Assembly: GCA_965261975.1 (NCBI GenBank)
Contig: CBDHEC010000043.1
Span: forward strand, 1-64,000
From: Alphaproteobacteria bacterium
GTDB lineage: Bacteria; Pseudomonadota; Alphaproteobacteria; UBA6615
Reading direction: 5' to 3'
Length of the DNA: 64,000 nt
In this document: piece by piece, positions 9,807 through 20,504 of the stretch
Layout of the letters: every line of letters begins with the position of its first letter
Position numbering within the stretch: position 1 is the first letter of the stretch
The notes under the pieces: model-generated
Database searches by the model: none
What the model was told of the DNA's origin: nothing
What the model saw: the letters and a program-made list of their open reading frames with translations, nothing else
Made by a program: the position numbers and the translations under genes

Positions 9807-9925
9807 GTCAATTTGCGCATCATTTTTTTGCTCATCACCGCACCGGTTGACATGGCGAAACGGCGAGTGCCATCGTCCTGCCCGATCTGACCCACCACAA
9901 CGCGAACCGCGGAACTGTCTGCCCG

Positions 9926-10390
9926 ATGAAATTGTTTGTCCGACACGGTCGTATCCTTGTTCTGCTTGCAGCGCTAAGCGCCTGCTCGCCTACCATCACT
10001 GTGCATGGCCAGGAGCCGGACCCTGATGCGCTTGCCACGATAGAACCCGGCCAGAGCGGCCAGCGTGACGTGCAATTGGCGCTGGGAAGCCCCTCGACCG
10101 AAGGCGTGTTTCGCACAAACATCTGGTACTACATGTCCGAGCGGACTGAAACCGTGGCGTTCTTTGAACCAGAACTTCTTGAACGAAAAATCATCGCTGT
10201 CGTATTCGATGAAAACGAAGTCGTCGAGGATGTCTTCACCTACACCGAGAATGACCGCCGCGAAGTCGAACTGGTCAGCCGGGTAACGCCGACCGCCGGC
10301 AACGAATTGTCATTAATCCAGCAACTCTTCGGCAATGTCGGCCGTTTCGGCGGCGCAGGCGACCTTGTCGGCAACCCCGCCGACCGGTAA
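9926..10390 (+). CDS. bamE: Outer membrane protein assembly factor BamE (lipoprotein)
   Basis: Lipobox LSAC, LGSPS, WYYMS, QQLFGNVGRF. Confidence 0.92.
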   Translation: MKLFVRHGRILVLLAALSACSPTITVHGQEPDPDALATIEPGQSGQRDVQLALGSPSTEGVFRTNIWYYMSERTETVAFFEPELLERKIIAVVFDENEVVEDVFTYTENDRREVELVSRVTPTAGNELSLIQQLFGNVGRFGGAGDLVGNPADR

Positions 10391-10429
10391 CGGAGTTCGC
10401 CGCCGCGCCCGACAGCGGTTTGGCCAATA

Positions 10430-10463
10430 AAAAACCCCTGAGGCCTGAGCCCCAGGGGTTTTT
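10430..10463. terminator. Bidirectional Rho-independent terminator
   Basis: AAAAACCCCTG...CAGGGGTTTTT between convergent bamE and hppA. Confidence 0.8.
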
Positions 10464-10481
10464 CACACAAGATATTTACGC

Positions 10482-12605
10482 CTAGAGGTTTGCCAACACC
10501 GCAAGCACCAGGAGTGCCACGATGTTCGTGATCTTGATCATCGGGTTGACGGCCGGTCCGGCCGTGTCCTTGTAGGGATCGCCAACCGTGTCGCCGGTCA
10601 CCGCCGCGTGATGCGCGTCGGAGCCCTTGCCACCATGGTTGCCATCCTCGATGTATTTCTTGGCGTTGTCCCATGCACCACCACCGGCGGTCATGGAAAT
10701 CGCAACGAACAGACCCGTCACGATCACGCCCAGAAGCATCGCGCCCAGTGCGGAGAAGGCAGCCGACTTGCCGCCAATCGCCAGGATGACCACGAACAGC
10801 ACGATCGGGGACAGGACCGGCAGCATCGAGGGGATGACCATCTCCTTGATCGCCGCGCGGGTCAGCATGTCGACGCACTTGCCATATTCCGGCTTGCCCG
10901 TGCCTTCCATGATGCCCGGGATGTCCTTGAACTGGCGCCGGACCTCGACGACGACCGAACCCGCCGCACGACCGACCGCGGTCATGCCGAGGGCACCGAA
11001 CAGGAACGGCAACATGCCGCCCACGAACAGGCCGACGACCACGTAGGGATTGCGCAGCGAGAAGTCGAGCACGACGCCCGAGAAATACGCATGCTCACCC
11101 GATGTGGAGATGAAGAAGTCCAGATCCGAGGTGTAGGCCGCAAACAGGACCAGAGCACCCAGCCCCGCCGAACCAATGGCATAACCCTTGGTCACGGCCT
11201 TGGTCGTGTTGCCGACCGCGTCGAGAGCATCCGTCGTCTTGCGAACATTCTCGTCCAGCTCGGCCATCTCGGCGATGCCGCCGGCGTTGTCGGTGACAGG
11301 GCCGTAGGCGTCGAGTGCGACAACCATACCCGCGAGCGCCAGCATCGCCGTCACCGCGATGGCGATGCCCAGAAGGCCTGCCAGCAGGAAGGAGACGATG
11401 ATCGCGCCACAGATGATGAGCGCCGGAATTGCCGTCGCTTCCATCGAGATCGCGAGGCCCTGGATCACGTTCGTGCCGTGACCCGTGGTGGAGGCCTGGG
11501 CGATCGAACGAACGGGACGATACTCGGTGCTCGTATAGTACTCGGTCACCCAGATCAGCAGCCCGGTCACAACCAGTCCGACCACGGCGCACAGGAAGAT
11601 ATCCATGCCCGAGAAGGACGCATTGGCCACATCAACCTGCGCATCGAACCCGATCACCCAGTGGGTGATGGCCGCAATGCCAACAAGCGAGAGAACCGCA
11701 GAAGCAATGAAGCCCTTGTATAGCGCGCCCATGATGTTCTGGCTCGCGCCGAGGCGCGTGAAGAAGGTGCCGATGATCGACGCGACGATGCAGATACCGC
11801 CAATTGCGAGCGGATAGACCATCATCTGGTTCAGCAAGGGATTGCCGGCCAGGAAGATCGAGATCAGCACCATTGTCGCAACGATCGTGACCGCATAGGT
11901 CTCGAACAGATCGGCCGCCATGCCCGCACAGTCACCGACATTATCGCCGACATTGTCCGCGATCACGGCCGGGTTGCGCGGATCGTCCTCGGGGATACCC
12001 GCTTCGACCTTGCCGACAAGATCGGCACCGACATCCGCACCCTTGGTGAAGATGCCCCCGCCGAGGCGCGCAAAGATCGAAATCAGCGATGCACCAAAAC
12101 CGAGCGCGACCAGCGCATCGATCAGTTCGCGACCGCCGGCGTTGCCCTGCTGCTGCATCCAGACCATGAAGCCGAAGTAGCCGGCAACGGCCAGAAGGGC
12201 GAGACCCGCGACCAGCATGCCGGTTACCGCACCGGAGCGGAACGCCACCGACAGGCCTTCGGCCAGGCTGCTGCGGGCTGCTTCGGTCGTGCGCACATTC
12301 GCGCGCACCGAAATATGCATACCGATGTAACCGGTCACGCCCGAAAGAACGGCGCCGATGACAAAGCCGAGGGCCACTGTCCAGCCGAGAAGGAAGAACA
12401 GAATCACCGCGATGACGATGCCGACCATGCCGATGGCACGATACTGCCGGTTGAGATATGCCGCCGCACCTTCCTGAATGGCGGCTGAAATCTCCTGCAT
12501 CCGATCGGTACCCGCGCTGGACGCGAGGACGGAACGGGATGCCCAGATGCCGTACAGTACGGCCAAACCGCCGCATGCGATGGCGAACCAGACGATGGGA
12601 GCCAT
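10482..12605 (-). CDS. hppA: Membrane-bound H+-translocating pyrophosphatase (K+-independent type)
   Basis: [44 protein letters not shown] carries the Lys signature of K+-independent enzymes. Confidence 0.96.
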   Translation of the reverse strand: MAPIVWFAIACGGLAVLYGIWASRSVLASSAGTDRMQEISAAIQEGAAAYLNRQYRAIGMVGIVIAVILFFLLGWTVALGFVIGAVLSGVTGYIGMHISVRANVRTTEAARSSLAEGLSVAFRSGAVTGMLVAGLALLAVAGYFGFMVWMQQQGNAGGRELIDALVALGFGASLISIFARLGGGIFTKGADVGADLVGKVEAGIPEDDPRNPAVIADNVGDNVGDCAGMAADLFETYAVTIVATMVLISIFLAGNPLLNQMMVYPLAIGGICIVASIIGTFFTRLGASQNIMGALYKGFIASAVLSLVGIAAITHWVIGFDAQVDVANASFSGMDIFLCAVVGLVVTGLLIWVTEYYTSTEYRPVRSIAQASTTGHGTNVIQGLAISMEATAIPALIICGAIIVSFLLAGLLGIAIAVTAMLALAGMVVALDAYGPVTDNAGGIAEMAELDENVRKTTDALDAVGNTTKAVTKGYAIGSAGLGALVLFAAYTSDLDFFISTSGEHAYFSGVVLDFSLRNPYVVVGLFVGGMLPFLFGALGMTAVGRAAGSVVVEVRRQFKDIPGIMEGTGKPEYGKCVDMLTRAAIKEMVIPSMLPVLSPIVLFVVILAIGGKSAAFSALGAMLLGVIVTGLFVAISMTAGGGAWDNAKKYIEDGNHGGKGSDAHHAAVTGDTVGDPYKDTAGPAVNPMIKITNIVALLVLAVLANL

Positions 12606-12774
12606 TGTGAATATCCTTTGGTTTCTAAGTTGTTAGGCCACGTGGGCGTAGACGGCGAATGCCGCAATGCAGGGCCGAATCACCCAAGCCCGTAAAAGCG
12701 GCGGGAACATGCCAAAAAGGCAGCGGCATGGCAACCGCGAGAAGGTATTAAGAATTTGGCCTGCACCCGGCGAA

Positions 12775-13968
12775 TCAGGCAGGGACCACCCCGCGCCGGG
12801 CGCGCAACCAAAACACCGCGATTACGACCATCACCAGCAATGGCGCCGAGGCGAGGTTCACGGCAAAGAAACCGAGGGTCTGATAGACCACGCCAGCCGC
12901 GAGCGAACACACCGCAACAGTGCCGAAGACGAACAGGTCATTGATGCCCTGTACTTTCGCCTTCTCGGCCGGCGTATAGGAACTGAGCAGCAGCGTCGTG
13001 CCGGCGGTAAACATGAAGTTCCAGCCAACCCCGACCAGGGCCATCCCGATCCGCAAATGCACCAGCGAGTCGCCGCTGAAGTTCACAGCCAGACAAACCA
13101 CCGAGATCACGGCGCCGGCAAGAATGATGTTCAGGTCGCCATACTTCTTGATCAGCCAGCCGGTGACGAAGCCCGGCGCGAACATGCCGAGCACGTGCCA
13201 CATGATCACGTTGTTGATGTCGAGTTGCCCGAACGGATGGGTCGGGTGGAGATGCATGAAGATCGGGGTCGACAGCATCACGAAGTTCATCACGCCATAA
13301 CCGATCATCGCGCTCATAAGTGCCACGATGAAGGTCGGCTGGGCCGCGATTTCGCGCATCGGGCGCGTAGGACCTGAGCGCTCCTGCTCGCTTGGCGCCG
13401 GGATATCGGTGAACAGCAACAATCCGACCATCAGCGCCTGCATGATCAGAATGATCGCAAACACGCCGCCATAGAGGATGGGCTGGATGATGTCATATCC
13501 AAGCGAGGACAGGCTCGGGCCGACGAGACCCGCGAACACGCCACCCGCCAGCACCAGGCTCACGGCACGCGCCTTGAAGCTCTCGTCTGCGGCATCCACG
13601 GCCGCAAAGCGAAACTGCTGGTTCGAGCCGGCGGATATGCCGAACAGCGCCGAGCCGATGCAAAACAGAACGAAACCCTGATCCACGAGCGCGTAAATCA
13701 TCAGCGCCGCGCCCGTCGAACCGATCAAAATGAACGAGATGAATCCGCCGGCGCGGCCGATCTTCTTCATCAACAACGCGGCCGGCACCGTCGACATGGT
13801 CATGGCGATGAACTGGAAGGTAATCGGTACGGTCGCCCAACCGGGGTTCGGCGCGATCGTCGCCCCGATGATCGATGAGACCGAAAAGATGAGAATCATC
13901 TGCGTCTGGCCAAAAGCCTGACACATGGACAGAAGTGCGACGTTGCGGGAACTGCGATTTAATATCAT
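12775..13968 (-). CDS. MFS transporter
   Basis: About 12 hydrophobic segments, with QFRFAAVD, WHVLGMFAP, GVGWNF and EKAKVQG motifs. Start uncertain. Confidence 0.9.
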   Translation of the reverse strand: MILNRSSRNVALLSMCQAFGQTQMILIFSVSSIIGATIAPNPGWATVPITFQFIAMTMSTVPAALLMKKIGRAGGFISFILIGSTGAALMIYALVDQGFVLFCIGSALFGISAGSNQQFRFAAVDAADESFKARAVSLVLAGGVFAGLVGPSLSSLGYDIIQPILYGGVFAIILIMQALMVGLLLFTDIPAPSEQERSGPTRPMREIAAQPTFIVALMSAMIGYGVMNFVMLSTPIFMHLHPTHPFGQLDINNVIMWHVLGMFAPGFVTGWLIKKYGDLNIILAGAVISVVCLAVNFSGDSLVHLRIGMALVGVGWNFMFTAGTTLLLSSYTPAEKAKVQGINDLFVFGTVAVCSLAAGVVYQTLGFFAVNLASAPLLVMVVIAVFWLRARRGVVPA

Positions 13969-14030
13969 GGGGCGAACATCCGGCATACCCTCAGAAAACA
14001 CAAGCCTTTGCTGTGAATAGCAGCCTTGCG

Positions 14031-14483
14031 TCAGCCGTCGTTCACGGAAAGGTCCTTGCGGAGCACATTTTCGACGTACATATCGACCACGACATCTGAC
14101 CCCAGTTCACGAATCGCGGTGCTGCGCATCCGGCGTTTGACGGCGTCCAGAGAGATTTCTACACCCTTACGCCGCTCCACCAGGGCATGAAGGTCCCGAA
14201 ATAGCGCGTCGCGCAGGCGTGAGCTAGCGGCAGACACGATGGAACGGTGATCGGCCTCAGCAATCTCGAGTGTCAGGGCTGCGGTGTACAAGCCCGCCAC
14301 CTCGTCATCTTCGAACAAGGTGACGGTGATCGTGTCGAGGCGCACATAGTGATGTTCCTCAACAACCAGCTTCTCCACCTTCGGCTTCACCTCGGCCTGT
14401 TCCGGCGGCTTTTTGCCCATGAAGAAAAATGCCCCGCCACCGGCGAGCACAAGAACCACCACAATGACGAGAATCTTTTTCAT
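14031..14483 (-). CDS. FliL-like single-pass membrane protein
   Basis: N-terminal TM ending GGGAFFF, then YVRLDTITV...LEI...RLRDA...VVDMYV. Confidence 0.65.
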   Translation of the reverse strand: MKKILVIVVVLVLAGGGAFFFMGKKPPEQAEVKPKVEKLVVEEHHYVRLDTITVTLFEDDEVAGLYTAALTLEIAEADHRSIVSAASSRLRDALFRDLHALVERRKGVEISLDAVKRRMRSTAIRELGSDVVVDMYVENVLRKDLSVNDG

Positions 14484-14485
14484 GG

Positions 14486-15052
14486 TCAGCCGGGCAGAAC
14501 GCGGATGTCGCGAACCAGGACGTCATTGACCACGCCGATGCCCAGCACGCGGATATTTTCGGAACGGATCCGGTTCTTCAGATAAACGGTTTCGATCGAA
14601 CCATCGTCAGTGCCGGGAAAGGGGCGCGACGTCAGGGTCCGCACATACGCTTCGCGCAAACGCGGCATCAGTGATCGCACCAGTTTGTCTTCCTGGCGTT
14701 TGCGCCCGACTTCAAGCGAAAGCATCACCACAATCTTGTGCCGCGCGCCCTTCTCGGTCTTGAACGGGATAAACAGCGGATCGAGGTCGATATAGTAAAG
14801 CTGTTCCGGTTCGGTTACCTCGGGTTCGGGCACCGGTACAGCGGCATGTTCGGGCGGCTCCTTGGCCAGAACCAGCTTGTAGGCTGCGCCGCCACCTCCG
14901 ACCAGAACGGCCAGCAGTACAACCATCACCAGTTTCTTTTTGCCTTTTTTGGGTTTCGGCTGCTCATCATTTGCACCGCCCGCACGCATGGCACGGATCG
15001 CGGCCTCGCTCTCAGCCCGCGTCGCCTTCCCCGAAGTGCCTGTATCCGCCAA
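14486..15052 (-). CDS. Flagellar basal body-associated FliL family protein
   Basis: KKGKKKL plus TM GGGGAAY, YIDLDPLFI, LSLEV, MPRLREAY, LKNRI, VNDVLV. Start uncertain. Confidence 0.72.
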   Translation of the reverse strand: MADTGTSGKATRAESEAAIRAMRAGGANDEQPKPKKGKKKLVMVVLLAVLVGGGGAAYKLVLAKEPPEHAAVPVPEPEVTEPEQLYYIDLDPLFIPFKTEKGARHKIVVMLSLEVGRKRQEDKLVRSLMPRLREAYVRTLTSRPFPGTDDGSIETVYLKNRIRSENIRVLGIGVVNDVLVRDIRVLPG

Positions 15053-16025
15053 TGCCTACCTCGACCCTATCTCCGGTCTCATCGCGCACGGTGACCGCCG
15101 GCGTACCATCGTTCACCGGCACCATGTTGCCGATCCGGGTGATTGAAACACCGGTCTGCGACGCAATGGAGACAATTGTGTCGCGCGCCGAAACCGGGGC
15201 CGTGAAGACGATCTCATAGTCATCACCGCCGCTGATCAGCCTAGACCGCAATGGTTGATTGTCCGTTACCAACCCGCGCGCCGCACGCGAGACGGGAACC
15301 AGATGCTGGTGGATCTCCGCGGAGACATCGGAGGCGGCGCAGATATGGCCCAGATCGGCCACCAATCCGTCGGAAACATCCGCCGCCGCGCTGGCCGTTC
15401 CAACCAAAGCCGGCCCCAACGAAACACGCGGCTCCGGCCGCAGGAACCGACCCTCCAGAACGGCCCGATCGGACGCATCATCGACGTCGATATCGCCGGT
15501 AATTGCACCCAGCCCGAGATACGCATCACCGATCGTCCCCGAGACATAGACATCGTCTTCAACAGATGCTGAAGACCGATTAATCATTTTATTTACAGAT
15601 ACTTCCCCGAACATATTAATGCTCAAAGACAACGGCCCGTCGGTCCTGGTCGTATCACCACCCAGCAGGGAGACGCCGTAAGTTTCATTGTCCTCGGCAA
15701 GCCCGCCGGCGAACGCTGCCAGCCAGGCTTCGTCGACCATGCCGGGCAGTTGCAGCGTCAACGTATAGCAGCGCGCCTGTGCGCCCTTTGCCGCGATATC
15801 CGACAGGTTCACGCGAAGTGCTCGATGGGCCACATCGGCAGGCAGGGTCATGGACGGAAAATGAACCCCTGCGACGATGGCGTCGGCCGAAACAACGAGG
15901 TCTTTCCCGCGGCCCGTTCGCAACCAGGCCGCGTCGTCGCGCAAGCCAAGGGCGCCGGGTTCGCCGTCACTGAGCGGCGCAAAATAACGTCGGATCAGAT
16001 CGAACTCGTCAATCCCGCGCGCCAT
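15012..16025 (-). CDS. thiL: Thiamine-phosphate kinase
   Basis: EFDLIRRYF, DDAA, NLSDIAAKG, GGDT, DVSDGL, GGDDYE. Confidence 0.95.
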   Translation of the reverse strand: MARGIDEFDLIRRYFAPLSDGEPGALGLRDDAAWLRTGRGKDLVVSADAIVAGVHFPSMTLPADVAHRALRVNLSDIAAKGAQARCYTLTLQLPGMVDEAWLAAFAGGLAEDNETYGVSLLGGDTTRTDGPLSLSINMFGEVSVNKMINRSSASVEDDVYVSGTIGDAYLGLGAITGDIDVDDASDRAVLEGRFLRPEPRVSLGPALVGTASAAADVSDGLVADLGHICAASDVSAEIHQHLVPVSRAARGLVTDNQPLRSRLISGGDDYEIVFTAPVSARDTIVSIASQTGVSITRIGNMVPVNDGTPAVTVRDETGDRVEVGIGGYRHFGEGDAG

Positions 16026-16572
16026 TGCTGGTCCCGTCCCCGCCGTCTTCGGCTTCAGGCCTTCGCCCCGTGGTCTCGTCGCCGCGCACCACACGCGCCA
16101 ACCGGTCGAGCACCGCGTTCACGAGGCCTGGTTCCTTGCCCTCGAAAAAGGCATCAGTCAACCGGACATACTCACTGATCGCGACGCGCGCCGGTATGTC
16201 GTCGCGCGAGCGAAGCTCATAGGCGCCGGCACCGAGGATCGCGCGTAACAGCGGCTCCAGCCGCTCCATCGTGTTGGCGCCATCCAGGCAACCATCCAAC
16301 GCCGCGTTCAAATCCGTACGGTCCCGTGCGACGCCCTGCACCAGATCCGCGAACAGCGCCTTATCGGCATCGCGCGGCCCGGCGACTTCCTCGTCACCAT
16401 CCCCCGACACGGGCAATTCGGTGCGATGTTGAATGAACTCGAGAACGGTGGATTCCGCCGTGCCGCCGCGGATATCCATCTGATACAGCGCCTGCACCGC
16501 CAGGAGCCGTGCCGCACCGCGCGCGGATGCGCCGGATTTGCGCCCGGCGGGCGCTTCGCCTTCTCCCGACAT
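16009..16572 (-). CDS. nusB: Transcription antitermination factor NusB
   Basis: ARLLAVQALYQ, ISEYV, LVNAVLD. Start overlaps the ribH stop. Confidence 0.95.
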   Translation of the reverse strand: MSGEGEAPAGRKSGASARGAARLLAVQALYQMDIRGGTAESTVLEFIQHRTELPVSGDGDEEVAGPRDADKALFADLVQGVARDRTDLNAALDGCLDGANTMERLEPLLRAILGAGAYELRSRDDIPARVAISEYVRLTDAFFEGKEPGLVNAVLDRLARVVRGDETTGRRPEAEDGGDGTSNGARD

Positions 16573-17036
16573 CAGCGGGGGAACATTCGAAAGGAACTCT
16601 TGAACCCAACCATCCGCAGGCAGGCCGTCGCCGCATCGGCACCCTTGTTGCCCTGGTCCACGGCGGCGCGCGCCATGGCTTGCGCCTTGTTCTCGGTCGT
16701 CAGAACACCGAACCCGAGCGCCAGACAATGCCGGATCGCCAGGTCCTGCAGGCCGCGGGCGGTTTCTCCGCACACATAGTCATAGTGGGTGGTCTCGCCC
16801 CGGATCACGCAGCCGAGCGCCACATAACCATCGAACCGGCGTCGACCGCTCGAGAATTCGGGTGAGCGCATGGCCGTTGCAATCGCGGCCGGAATTTCGA
16901 ACGCGCCGGGTATTTCATATACCTCGTAGGAAGCACCGGCTTCGTCGAGGACGGCGGTTGCACCGGCCAGCAGCTGGTCGGCGATCTCCTCATAATATTT
17001 GGAGACCGCAATCATGATATGGGGTTGGTCGTACAT
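16572..17036 (-). CDS. ribH: 6,7-dimethyl-8-ribityllumazine synthase
   Basis: PGAFEIP, LGCVIRGETTHYDYV, NKGADAA. Confidence 0.96.
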   Translation of the reverse strand: MYDQPHIMIAVSKYYEEIADQLLAGATAVLDEAGASYEVYEIPGAFEIPAAIATAMRSPEFSSGRRRFDGYVALGCVIRGETTHYDYVCGETARGLQDLAIRHCLALGFGVLTTENKAQAMARAAVDQGNKGADAATACLRMVGFKSSFRMFPR

Positions 17037-17047
17037 TGCCTTCTTCC

Positions 17048-18229
17048 CTAGTCGCCGGGACCGGTCATCGGCACCGCACGGGTCTCTATCAGCCTGAGGC
17101 CGAAACCCTCAAGGCCCACAATCGAACGCTGTGAGTTCGACAGCAGGATGATATCCCGGACGCCAAGATCGACAAGTATCTGCGCCCCGACACCATAGTT
17201 GCGCAATTCATTGATCGGCTTTCTCGGCGCACTGCTGAATTGCCGAATGCGATCGGACAGCGACGTCGGGGAGGTATCGCGGATCAGCACGATCACGCCC
17301 GCGCCGGCTTCGCCGATGAGCTCCATGGAGCGCTGGAGAATACCGGAATCAGGCGCATCGAGGCTTCCCATCGCATCCGCGCCAATGGAAAAGGAATGCA
17401 TCCGCACCAGAACCGGTTTTTCCGGGTCGATCTCACCCTTCACGATCGCCAGATGCTCGGCATACTCCACGGTGTTGCGATAGATGCGCCACTTGAAATC
17501 GCCGCCAAACCGCGAATGGAAATCATGCTCCATCAACTGTTCGACGATCCGGTCGTTGCGCCGGCGGTAGGCAATCAGGTCCGCGATCGCCCCGATCTTG
17601 AGCCCGTGATATTGGGCGAACCCGATCAAATCCGGCAGTCGCGACATCGTCCCGTCGTCATTCATGATCTCGCAGATCACGGCCGACGGGTTGAGTCCGG
17701 CAAGACGCGCGATATCGACACCGGCTTCCGTATGCCCGGCCCGCACGAGAACACCGCCGTCACGGGCCGCCAGCGGAAACACATGACCCGGCGTGACAAT
17801 ATCCGCTTCGGTCGAGCGCGGATCGATCGCCACGGTGATCGTTCGCGCCCGGTCGGGGGCCGAGATGCCCGTGGTCACGCCTTCGGCAGCCTCGACGGAA
17901 ACGGTGAAATTCGTCGCCAGGCGCTGGCCGTGCGTCTGGGGCATCATCGGCAGGCCAAGCTGCTGGGTCCGCTCGCGGGTCAGGGACAGACAAATCAGGC
18001 CGCGGCCATGGGTGGCCATGAAGTTGATGGCATCCGGTGTCGCCATTTGGGCGGGGATTACCAGGTCACCTTCGTTCTCCCGATCCTCGTCATCGATGAG
18101 AATGAACATCTTCCCGTTGCGGGCATCCTCGATGATGTCCTCAATCGGCGACAAAATCTGTTCGTCGTCCACGGCGCGCTGCACGTCCTGCTTCGATACG
18201 CTGCGCAGACCCTCGGTTTTATCTGTCAC
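17048..18229 (-). CDS. ribB: DHBP synthase fused to a degenerate GTP cyclohydrolase II domain (RibBX type)
   Basis: DDEDRENEGD, PGHVFPL, RAGHTEA. The C-terminal domain lacks the three Zn-binding Cys of RibA. Confidence 0.93.
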   Translation of the reverse strand: MTDKTEGLRSVSKQDVQRAVDDEQILSPIEDIIEDARNGKMFILIDDEDRENEGDLVIPAQMATPDAINFMATHGRGLICLSLTRERTQQLGLPMMPQTHGQRLATNFTVSVEAAEGVTTGISAPDRARTITVAIDPRSTEADIVTPGHVFPLAARDGGVLVRAGHTEAGVDIARLAGLNPSAVICEIMNDDGTMSRLPDLIGFAQYHGLKIGAIADLIAYRRRNDRIVEQLMEHDFHSRFGGDFKWRIYRNTVEYAEHLAIVKGEIDPEKPVLVRMHSFSIGADAMGSLDAPDSGILQRSMELIGEAGAGVIVLIRDTSPTSLSDRIRQFSSAPRKPINELRNYGVGAQILVDLGVRDIILLSNSQRSIVGLEGFGLRLIETRAVPMTGPGD

Positions 18230-18822
18230 GTTTCATCCCGTTCCAAAAGACGCGCGACATAGCGCGCGATTACATCCACTTCAATATTCACATCGGTTCC
18301 GACATCAACATCGGCAAGTGACGTGTTGTCCCATGTATGGGGGATTATATTCACCCCGAAAACCGCATCATCCACTTCGTTCACAGTCAGTGAGACACCA
18401 TCGACCGTGATCGAACCCTTTGACGCCACGTAGTGCTTCAGCGCATCGGGGACCCTGATGCTAACCCGGTGATTGTCACCCTCGCGCGCCAGGCCGACTA
18501 CTTGCGCCACGCCGTCGACATGACCGAGCACCAGATGCCCGCCCAGTTCGTCGGCAGCCCGCAAGGCGCGCTCCAGGTTGATACGCGTACCCACGTCCCA
18601 ACTGCCGCTCGTGGTTTTCTCGAGTGTCTCACCCGAGACATCGACGGCAAAACTCGACGCCGTTTTCTCGACCACGGTCAGGCATGCCCCATTGCACGCG
18701 ATCGACGCGCCGATATCGATGTCCGACGTGTCATACGCGGTCTCGATCGTCAGTCGGCGCCCGACTTCCTGGGTATCGACCCCGGCAATCCGCCCCACAT
18801 CAGTGACAATTCCTGTAAACAT
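18226..18822 (-). CDS. ribE: Riboflavin synthase (alpha chain)
   Basis: MFTGIV, SIACNGACLTV, GGHLVLGHVD, GVSLTVN. Confidence 0.96.
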   Translation of the reverse strand: MFTGIVTDVGRIAGVDTQEVGRRLTIETAYDTSDIDIGASIACNGACLTVVEKTASSFAVDVSGETLEKTTSGSWDVGTRINLERALRAADELGGHLVLGHVDGVAQVVGLAREGDNHRVSIRVPDALKHYVASKGSITVDGVSLTVNEVDDAVFGVNIIPHTWDNTSLADVDVGTDVNIEVDVIARYVARLLERDET

Positions 18823-18831
18823 GGGGCTTGG

Positions 18832-19956
18832 TTACGGCACGCGGGCGAAAATTTCCAGCGTGTCGTCACCGACCGGTGTGCGGGACAGGGGCTTGAAGGT
18901 TGGTACTTCGGACATGTCCGCGACCCCCAGATCACCAAAAGGCGGCAGCCCATCACCACCGATCAGGGATGGCGCACGGAACCAAAGCAACCGATCGACG
19001 AGGCCTGCGCGGAGCAACCCGGTCGACAGCCGCGCGCCGCCTTCCACCATCAGGCGCGTCACCCCCATCGCGCCAAGCGCACGCAACGCGGCACCTGGCT
19101 CCGGCTGTCCATCCACGACATCCTCGATCGGGACAACCATCACCCCCGCCCCTTCCAGAGCCTTGCGACGTTCCTTGTCGGTCTTGGCCGCCGACAGAAC
19201 CCATGTCTGGACATCGCCCGCCGTGCGCACCAATTCGGATTCCAGCGATATTCGCAGCTGTGAATCGAACACCACGCGCACTGGCGAGCGGCCTTCCATT
19301 CCCGGCAACCTGCAGGTCAGGCTCGGATCATCAGCCTCGGCGGTCCCGATCCCCACCGCAATGGCGTCATGCTGGGCGCGCAATAGATGTGCGTGACGTC
19401 GCGCCGCCGCGCCGGTGATCCATTGGGATGCGCCGGTCCGGGTCGCGATCCGGCCATCCGACGTGGTCGCGGTCTTGAGGGAAACCATCGGGCGACCGTC
19501 CCCGACCCGCGTCAGGAAACCGATATTGATGTTCTCAGCTTCCTCGCGACAGATATCGGTTTCGACTTCGATACCCGCATCACGTATCCGCGCGATGCCA
19601 CGCCCCGCCACCCGCGCATCGGGATCGCCGCAAGCGACCACCACGCGCGCCACGCGCGCAGCGATCAACGCGTCCGCGCATGGCGGCGTACGCCCCAAAT
19701 GGCTGCACGGCTCAAGCGTGACATATGCCGTCGCACCGACGAGCGCCGCAGCGCCGAAACGCGCGCGCGCCTGGTCGAGCGCCACCGTCTCCGAATGTGG
19801 ACGGCCGCCCGGCTGGGTCCAGCCGCGCCCAAGGACGCGCTTGTCAGGCTCACCGGAAACGATCACGCAACCGACCGCGGGGTTGGGCCAGACATTGCCC
19901 AACCCGCGCCGCGCGAGCCGCAGCGCTGTTGTCATGAAATCCTGATCGCTATGCAT
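18832..19956 (-). CDS. ribD: Bifunctional pyrimidine deaminase/reductase RibD
   Basis: PNPAVGCV, HSE, TLEPCSH..RTPPC, VEGG. Start uncertain. Confidence 0.95.
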   Translation of the reverse strand: MHSDQDFMTTALRLARRGLGNVWPNPAVGCVIVSGEPDKRVLGRGWTQPGGRPHSETVALDQARARFGAAALVGATAYVTLEPCSHLGRTPPCADALIAARVARVVVACGDPDARVAGRGIARIRDAGIEVETDICREEAENINIGFLTRVGDGRPMVSLKTATTSDGRIATRTGASQWITGAAARRHAHLLRAQHDAIAVGIGTAEADDPSLTCRLPGMEGRSPVRVVFDSQLRISLESELVRTAGDVQTWVLSAAKTDKERRKALEGAGVMVVPIEDVVDGQPEPGAALRALGAMGVTRLMVEGGARLSTGLLRAGLVDRLLWFRAPSLIGGDGLPPFGDLGVADMSEVPTFKPLSRTPVGDDTLEIFARVP

Positions 19957-19987
19957 CAGACTAGGGTCGAGCGAAAGCCGCCCGCGA

Positions 19988-20467
19988 TCAATCGTTTTCG
20001 ACCATCTCGCCGTCAGCCGACAAATGCTCGTTCCCGATAAAATCCTCGAAATCGCGGACTTCACGGAAATTCTTGTAGACCGAGGCGAACCGCACATAGG
20101 CGATGGAATCGAGATTGGCCAGGGCGTCCATCACCGCCTCGCCGATCGCATCGGAAGGGATATCCGTCTCGCCCGAGGATTCGAGACGCCGCACAATGCC
20201 GCTAATGACCCGATCCACGCGCTCGGCATCCACCGGGCGCTTGCGCAGGGAAATGCGCATGGAACTTTCCAGTTTGTCGCGATCGAACGGCACACGTTGA
20301 CCGTTCTTCTTCAGCACTGTCAGGTCACGCAGATGAACGCGCTCAAAAGTGGTCCAGCGCGCGCCACAATCAGGGCATGCGCGGCGGCGGCGGATCGCCG
20401 TGTTGTCCTCTGTCGGACGCGAATCCTTCACATGCGTGTCGGTGTGTGCACAAAACGGGCAGCGCAT
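19988..20467 (-). CDS. nrdR: Transcriptional repressor NrdR
   Basis: [19 protein letters not shown] cone, AYVRFASVY. Confidence 0.97.
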   Translation of the reverse strand: MRCPFCAHTDTHVKDSRPTEDNTAIRRRRACPDCGARWTTFERVHLRDLTVLKKNGQRVPFDRDKLESSMRISLRKRPVDAERVDRVISGIVRRLESSGETDIPSDAIGEAVMDALANLDSIAYVRFASVYKNFREVRDFEDFIGNEHLSADGEMVEND

Positions 20468-20504
20468 TTACGTTTCCTCTCGCGTCGCTTCTTTTTCCTG
20501 TCGA

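Noticed and set aside
15570-15630. AT-rich patch inside thiL as an internal CtrA promoter for the FliL-like genes
   Set aside because: Half-site spacing does not fit TTAA-N7-TTAA, and no clear -35/-10 pair was found.
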